64,000 bases of DNA from Clostridia bacterium (GTDB lineage Bacteria; Bacillota; Clostridia; Christensenellales; CAAEEZ01). The notes under the pieces were generated by a model. The model ran no database searches. It was not told where the DNA came from and saw nothing but the letters and a program-made list of their open reading frames with translations. This document shows positions 58,658 to 64,000 of this stretch, piece after piece; position 1 is the stretch's first letter, and every line of letters starts with the position of its first letter. Made by a program: the position numbers and the translations under genes. The stretch spans positions 89,058-153,057 of the forward strand of contig CAAEEZ010000016.1 in NCBI GenBank assembly GCA_900755035.1, given 5' to 3'.

Positions 58658-60511
58658 ATGCAAGAATACGACGCAATAGTAGTTGGGGCAGGACACGCAG
58701 GCATTGAAGCAGGGCTTGCCTTAGCAAGAATGGGACACAAAACCGTAATAATGACGATTAGCCTAGATAATATAGGCTTTTTGGCGTGCAATCCGTCCAT
58801 TGGTGGAACTGCAAAAGGGCATTTGGTAAGGGAAATAGACGCACTTGGTGGCGAAATGGCTATTGCTGCCGACAAGACGCTACTACAAATCAAAATGCTA
58901 AATACAGGCAAAGGACCTGCCGTTCAGTCACTACGTGGACAAGCGGACAAGGTGCTGTATCATCAATATATGAAACGTGTGCTAGAAGAAGAAAAAAATC
59001 TTGATTTAGTGCAGCAAGAGGCAACCGAACTAATTGTAAAGGACGGCAAAATTGCAGGCGTAAAAACCGCTATGGGCATAGAATACGGGGCAAAAACGGT
59101 GGTTGTATGTAGTGGCGTATACCTAAATGCAAGGATAATAATAGGCGAGTACGTAAAGGACGAAGGGCCGTCGGGTTTTGCAAGGGCAACGGGATTAACG
59201 CAAAGTTTTATAGATAACGGCATAGAAATAAGAAGGTTTAAGACGGGAACGCCTGCAAGGCTGGATAAAAACAGCATTGATTTTACCAAAATGGTAAGGC
59301 AAGACGGCGACGAAAATATATCGGCGTTTTCCTTTATGACGAAGGAAAAACTTGTTAACAAAGAGCCGTGCTATTTAACGTATACCAACCCGAAAACACA
59401 CGAAGTAATAGTGAAAAATTTGGATAGGTCGCCAATATATAACGGAGAAATTACGGGCGTAGGTCCAAGATATTGTCCGTCGATAGAAACTAAGGTGATG
59501 CGTTTTAGAGATAAGCAGCGCCACCAAATATTTATCGAGCCGGAGAGTAGCACTACCAACGAAATGTATGCACAGGGGCTAAGTTCGTCTTTGCCGTACG
59601 ACGTGCAGGAAGAGATGTACCACACCATAGATGGCTTGGAGCATTGTAAATTTTTGCGTTATGCGTACGCTATCGAGTACGACTGCCTAAATCCAATGGA
59701 ATTGCTACCTAGCCTAATGACGAAAAAGATTGCAGGATTGTTCACGGCAGGGCAAATAAACGGCAGTAGCGGATACGAAGAGGCTGCTGCGCAAGGACTA
59801 ATTGCGGGCATAAACGCTAGTTTATATTTAAGAGGTCAAGAACCGCTAGTATTAAGGCGTGACCAAGCGTATATAGGCGTGCTTATAGACGATTTGGTAA
59901 CGAAAGGCACGGAAGAGCCGTACAGAATGATGACGTCAAGGGCGGAATATAGATTGTTTTTAAGGCAAGATAACGCAGATTTAAGGCTAACGCAAATAGG
60001 CTACGATATAGGGCTTGCAACTAAGGAAAGGCTAGATAACACTTTGGAAAAAAAGGCGCAAGTTGAAAAAATTATAGAGCTTGCAAACAAAACCGTTTCG
60101 CCTAAAACGGTAAACGGACTGCTAGAAGAAAAGGGCGAAACTATGGTGAAAAGCGGTATTATGATAAAGGATTTGTTTAAGCGTACCGCCGTAAAATATA
60201 CCGATATAGTAGACTTGTTTAGCGAGTTTGCAGAGTTTAGGGAAGATGCGCTTATCGAGGCTGAAACCGAACTAAAATACGAAGGCTATTTACAAAAACA
60301 GCTAGCGCAAATTAAGGAAACTGCAAAACTAGAAAATAAAAAACTGCCCGAAAATATCAATTATTTTGCTATGAATGGGCTTAGGGTAGAGGCAAGACAA
60401 AAATTAGATATGATTCGTCCGTTAAACCTAGGGCAAGCAAGTAGAATAAGCGGTGTATCGCCTGCTGATATAAACGTGCTTATCGTGTATTTGCAAAAGA
60501 CGAAACAATAA
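58658..60511 (+). CDS. mnmG: tRNA uridine 5-carboxymethylaminomethyl modification enzyme MnmG (GidA)
   Basis: 617 aa. FAD motif YDAIVVGAGHAGIEAG, plus GPRYCPSIE and the C-terminal GQASRISGVSPADI. Confidence 0.96.
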   Translation: MQEYDAIVVGAGHAGIEAGLALARMGHKTVIMTISLDNIGFLACNPSIGGTAKGHLVREIDALGGEMAIAADKTLLQIKMLNTGKGPAVQSLRGQADKVLYHQYMKRVLEEEKNLDLVQQEATELIVKDGKIAGVKTAMGIEYGAKTVVVCSGVYLNARIIIGEYVKDEGPSGFARATGLTQSFIDNGIEIRRFKTGTPARLDKNSIDFTKMVRQDGDENISAFSFMTKEKLVNKEPCYLTYTNPKTHEVIVKNLDRSPIYNGEITGVGPRYCPSIETKVMRFRDKQRHQIFIEPESSTTNEMYAQGLSSSLPYDVQEEMYHTIDGLEHCKFLRYAYAIEYDCLNPMELLPSLMTKKIAGLFTAGQINGSSGYEEAAAQGLIAGINASLYLRGQEPLVLRRDQAYIGVLIDDLVTKGTEEPYRMMTSRAEYRLFLRQDNADLRLTQIGYDIGLATKERLDNTLEKKAQVEKIIELANKTVSPKTVNGLLEEKGETMVKSGIMIKDLFKRTAVKYTDIVDLFSEFAEFREDALIEAETELKYEGYLQKQLAQIKETAKLENKKLPENINYFAMNGLRVEARQKLDMIRPLNLGQASRISGVSPADINVLIVYLQKTKQ

Positions 60512-60552
60512 GAGATATAAACAACTTAAAACGTGAAACGAAAAAGAAAAAA

Positions 60553-60580
60553 TGCCGACAATCGTCGGTATTTTTATTTT
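60553..60580 (+). terminator. Intrinsic terminator downstream of mnmG
   Basis: TGCCGAC-AATC-GTCGGTA followed by TTTTTATTTT. Confidence 0.6.
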
Positions 60581-60710
60581 AGGGAGTATGTTCTATATGA
60601 AGTAAGTTAGTAGACAAAATAATGTTAAGTAAGTTGCACCCCTATTGCAATAAAGGGTTTTCATTATACTATGTGTAAACCGTTTAATACCCGTTCAAAG
60701 TGGGCAAGAT

Positions 60711-61262
60711 CTATTTTACAAGGTTTAGCGCAGAGGTAACCATCTTTTTAATAGCGTCGTCAAAGGTAGGCATATATTCCTTGGTTTTTATCGTCGAAAG
60801 CCACAGTAGGTAGGTAGAAGTAAGCCCCGAAACGATAAATTCTAGGGCGTAGTCGTCCACCTGCGTGTAGTTTTTTATATGCGCTTTTAATTTTAATTTT
60901 ATCCTATCAAAAAAGACGGTTTGGTGGTACTTGCTTTTTATCAAAACCCTTAAAAATTTGTTGTTAAACGTGGATTTCGTTATCGCCTTGTACAAATCCA
61001 TTATCGTCGAGTTTAACGGCATTGCGCTATTTAGATAGGCGCTAGCAAACCCGTCTGCCGATTCTATTATCTGTTCCTGAATAAAATCGTTTACGCTTTG
61101 GTAATGAAGATAAAAGGTTTTTCTAGTGATATTTGCAAGGTTCGTTATTTCGCTCACCGTTATTTGCGACAGGTTTTTCCCCGCTTCGTATAGTTTTTCT
61201 ATTGCATCTTCGATTGCTACCTTAGTTTTTTGGTAGCGTTTGTCCTTTTCTGTTTTTTCCAC
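60711..61262 (-). CDS. TetR/AcrR family transcriptional regulator
   Basis: 183 aa with a GTG start. N-terminal HTH ITVSEITNLANITRKTFYLHY. Confidence 0.85.
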   Translation of the reverse strand: MEKTEKDKRYQKTKVAIEDAIEKLYEAGKNLSQITVSEITNLANITRKTFYLHYQSVNDFIQEQIIESADGFASAYLNSAMPLNSTIMDLYKAITKSTFNNKFLRVLIKSKYHQTVFFDRIKLKLKAHIKNYTQVDDYALEFIVSGLTSTYLLWLSTIKTKEYMPTFDDAIKKMVTSALNLVK

Positions 61263-61279
61263 TCTCTCTTTTTACCCTA

Positions 61280-61307
61280 TTGACAAATTTTCGTTTGGTA
61301 GTATAAT
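61280..61307 (+). promoter_or_regulatory. Consensus sigma-70 promoter of the GT4 gene
   Basis: TTGACA (61280-61285), 16 nt spacer, TATAAT (61302-61307). Confidence 0.6.
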
Positions 61308-61315
61308 GATTATAT

Positions 61316-61329
61316 TACACAAATGTGTA
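61316..61329. promoter_or_regulatory. Candidate TetR operator (inverted repeat)
   Basis: TACACA-AA-TGTGTA lies 9 nt downstream of the -10, in the TetR/GT4 divergent spacer. Confidence 0.45.
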
Positions 61330-61388
61330 TTAAGTCAATAAAAAGGTTTAATATCTTAAAAAAAGTTAAGAATATAATAGGATAAATT

Positions 61389-62531
61389 ATGGTAATAACG
61401 TTAGTAATGGATCAATACGTCGGCGACGACGGTAAAATAACGAACGGAACTACGATGACTACGCTAAGATTTGCCAAAAAACTTCAAGAGTTTGGCAACG
61501 AAGTTAGAATAGTTACTTGCACTAAAAATAGCGACGACAACGTGTACGTAGTACCGGAGTATCATTTTTGGTTTTTGGATAAAATTATCCACGAACAAGG
61601 TATGGCAATAGCAAAACCTGACAAAAAGACGATGAGAGAGGCGTTTCAAGGTAGCGACGTGGTGCATTTTTTGATGCCGTTCTTTTTAGCAAGAAAGGGC
61701 AAAAAGATTGCCGACGAAATGGGAATTGCAACGACTTGCGCATTTCACGTTCAGCCCGAGAATATGACGTTTTCGGTGGGACTTGGCAATATGAAATGGG
61801 CAAACGAAGCAATATATCGCAGTTTTAGGGGCTACTACAATAAATTCGGGCATATACATTGCCCAAGCAAAATGATAGCCGACCAACTTGCTGTGCACAA
61901 ATATACGGGCAAAACGCACGTAATCAGTAACGGCGTAGACAAGGGATTTAAGCCCGAAAAAGTGGAAAGACCAAAAGAGTACGAAGGCAAGATCGTAGTA
62001 ATGATGATAGGTAGGTACTCCAAAGAAAAACGTCAGGATTTAATAATAAAAGCAATAAGCGAGAGCAAGTACAAGGATAAAATGGTGCTTGTATTGTGTG
62101 GTGTAGGTCCTGAAAAAGAGAATTTGCAAAAGCTAGCAAAAGCAAAGGGCGTTTCGATAGAATTTAAGTTTCTTAGCCAGCCCGAACTTGTCAAGTTATG
62201 CAACTACGCCGACGTATACGTGCATGCTTCCGACGCTGAAATTGAGGCGATTGCCTGTATAGAGGCGTTCTCTTGCGGTATGGTACCTATTATATCCGAT
62301 AGTAAAATATCTGCAACTAATCAGTTTGCTTTAAGCGACAAAAATCTATTTAAGCAGGGTGATTATATGGATTTAAGAGATAAAATAGAGTATTTGATAG
62401 AGCACGAGGAAGAAAAGGAAAAACTAAGTAGGCAGTACGTAGAATACGCAAAACAGTTCGCACTAGATAACTGCGTTAGGGAACTAGAAAAGGTGTTTAG
62501 GACTGCAATTCAAGAAAAAGCAAACGAGTAA
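61389..62531 (+). CDS. GT4-family glycosyltransferase (diacylglycerol glucosyltransferase-like)
   Basis: 380 aa with the GT-B fold pattern. The C-terminal E-x7-E region is EAIACIEAFSCGMVPIISD. Length and N-terminus resemble monoglucosyl-DAG synthases; the specific substrate is not established. Confidence 0.75.
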   Translation: MVITLVMDQYVGDDGKITNGTTMTTLRFAKKLQEFGNEVRIVTCTKNSDDNVYVVPEYHFWFLDKIIHEQGMAIAKPDKKTMREAFQGSDVVHFLMPFFLARKGKKIADEMGIATTCAFHVQPENMTFSVGLGNMKWANEAIYRSFRGYYNKFGHIHCPSKMIADQLAVHKYTGKTHVISNGVDKGFKPEKVERPKEYEGKIVVMMIGRYSKEKRQDLIIKAISESKYKDKMVLVLCGVGPEKENLQKLAKAKGVSIEFKFLSQPELVKLCNYADVYVHASDAEIEAIACIEAFSCGMVPIISDSKISATNQFALSDKNLFKQGDYMDLRDKIEYLIEHEEEKEKLSRQYVEYAKQFALDNCVRELEKVFRTAIQEKANE

Positions 62532-62562
62532 TCTTCATAATATAGCCAAAAATCCAAAAAAG

Positions 62563-62591
62563 AAAAGATAGCCAACTTTGGCTATCTTTTT
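62563..62591. terminator. Bidirectional intrinsic terminator between the GT4 gene and ftsH
   Basis: AAAAGATAGCC-AACTTT-GGCTATCTTTT. Confidence 0.7.
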
Positions 62592-62608
62592 CTTATACTA
62601 AGTTTTGA

Positions 62609-64000
62609 TTATTCGGCTTCGCCTTTTTTATCGTTAGGCTCTTCGCTATTAGGCGTTTCGCTAGTTTCGTTTTCACTATTAGTCGTTTCGCTGTCGCTAT
62701 TAACAGAAGTATCTTCTTTAACCTCAGTCGTAGCGGTTACGTCGCAAGTAGTAGAGTTAGCGTCCGTCGTTTGCTCGTCGCTAGCCGTTTTAACTTCTTC
62801 GTTTACCGACGGCATAGGAACGACTACTGCGTTTTGTGGCGTTTCGGTTTTCTTAGACTTGTTGTACAAGTCCTCGTCACGCTTTTTGCTGTAAGCGATT
62901 ACTTCCTCGGCGCTCTTACCTTCAAATAACAAAGCAACTTCGTCGCTGTAAATGGTTTCTCTTTCAAATAGTACCATTACCATATTATTTAGTACCGATT
63001 TATTTTCGGTAAGTAGGTCTAGCGCACGTTTGTAGTTTCTATCAAGTATTGCTTTGATTTCTTCGTCGATAATGCCCGCAATCTCTTCGCTGTATTGATG
63101 TTGGCTACCAAAATCTCTACCGATAAATACTTCGCCCGATTGACCTAAGAAGAAGTTGCCAAGTTTTTTGCTCATTCCCCATTCGGTTACCATTTTTCTA
63201 GCAATACCGCTTGCTCTTTGAATATCGTTAGATGCGCCCGTTGAAATATCGTGGATAATAAGTTCTTCTGCGGCTCTACCTGCAAGCATCATAGCGATAG
63301 TATCTTCTAGCTTGTTTTTGGTTACGTGCTCGTCGTCGCTGTCAGGACGGGTGATAGTGTAGCCTGCTGCCATTCCACGAGGAATAATGCTTACTTCGTG
63401 TACGTTGTCGCAGTACGGAAGTAGTTGACCTACTATTGCGTGTCCTGATTCGTGGAAAGCGGTGATACGCTTGTCGGTTTCGGTAACTACGTGGCTCTTC
63501 TTTTGTGGGCCTGCTATTACCTTGTTTATAGCCTCGTTTATTTCCACCATCGTGATTACTTTAAGATTTTTTCTAGCGGCAAGAATTGCAGCTTCGTTTA
63601 GTAGGTTTTCAATATCAGCGCCCGTAAAGCCTGTGGTTAGTCTACCTAGTTTCTTAAAGTCTATGTCGCTACCAAGAGGTTTGTTTCTTGCGTGTACCTT
63701 GAAGATTGCTTCTCTACCTTTTACGTCAGGTGGGTTTACCGCAATTTGACGGTCGAATCTGCCCGGACGAAGAAGAGCAGGGTCTAGTATATCGGCACGG
63801 TTTGTTGCAGCCATAATGATAATTCCGTCGGAATGCTCAAAGCCGTCCATTTGTACAAGTAGTTGGTTAAGGGTTTGTTCTCTTTCGTCGTGTCCGCCAC
63901 CAAGACCCGTACCCCTTTGTCTACCAACGGCGTCTATCTCGTCGATAAATACGATACAAGGCATATTTTTTCTTGCTTCGGCGAACATATCTCTCACCCT
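62609..64000 (-). CDS. ftsH: ATP-dependent zinc metalloprotease FtsH (3' part; the N-terminus lies beyond the window end)
   Basis: The frame is open to the window edge. Walker B/SRH region [17 protein letters not shown]...[20 protein letters not shown] and zinc motif HESGHAIV. The last ~90 aa form an S/T/E/N-rich tail. Confidence 0.93.
   Translation of the reverse strand, partial: RVRDMFAEARKNMPCIVFIDEIDAVGRQRGTGLGGGHDEREQTLNQLLVQMDGFEHSDGIIIMAATNRADILDPALLRPGRFDRQIAVNPPDVKGREAIFKVHARNKPLGSDIDFKKLGRLTTGFTGADIENLLNEAAILAARKNLKVITMVEINEAINKVIAGPQKKSHVVTETDKRITAFHESGHAIVGQLLPYCDNVHEVSIIPRGMAAGYTITRPDSDDEHVTKNKLEDTIAMMLAGRAAEELIIHDISTGASNDIQRASGIARKMVTEWGMSKKLGNFFLGQSGEVFIGRDFGSQHQYSEEIAGIIDEEIKAILDRNYKRALDLLTENKSVLNNMVMVLFERETIYSDEVALLFEGKSAEEVIAYSKKRDEDLYNKSKKTETPQNAVVVPMPSVNEEVKTASDEQTTDANSTTCDVTATTEVKEDTSVNSDSETTNSENETSETPNSEEPNDKKGEAE

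Overview
Low-GC, Firmicutes-type chromosomal window covering the replication-origin neighbourhood. All calls come from reading the sequence and the supplied ORF translations; no database search was run. Left part (0-23 kb): an orphan Na+-pump decarboxylase beta/gamma pair behind a structured leader, a translationally coupled proS-ung-ktrB-ktrA operon, and an 11-gene, about 15 kb minus-strand glycan-utilisation locus. That locus holds two secreted GH43 lipoproteins, an ABC importer, two paralogous Big_2 lipoproteins, GH36, a cytoplasmic GH43 and an SASA-type esterase, with a divergent AraC regulator. Middle (23-35 kb): membrane proteins, an MFS transporter, a tRNA operon (fMet-Met-Glu-Val) followed by tandem about 213-bp repeats carrying pseudo-copies of the tRNA-Val 3' end, then argS, uppP, ychF and a GH13 glucosidase. 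Right part (35-64 kb): every classical origin-proximal gene is present, but the usual synteny is broken into blocks of different orientation. The order is gyrA-gyrB-recF (minus) | dnaA-dnaN (plus) | AT-rich islet with tRNA-Glu | parB-parA-rsmG (minus) | mtnN-luxS (plus) | a 2.9-kb ORF-poor, extremely AT-rich region | rpmH-rnpA-yidD-yidC-jag-mnmE-mnmG (plus), then TetR, a GT4 glycosyltransferase and partial ftsH. The dnaA-dnaN spacer looks like a classical oriC unwinding module. A second module, with three parS sites, three perfect co-oriented DnaA boxes and iteron-like heptamers, sits about 8 kb away inside the AT-rich region. Next to it, driven by a consensus promoter, are a zeta-toxin-fold protein with degenerate catalytic residues and a TnpV-like gene. 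These origin-region features, the tRNA-Val repeat array and the Big_2 lipoprotein pair are the most worthwhile follow-ups. I found no CRISPR array, rRNA gene, integrase or transposase, and no recognisable defence system.
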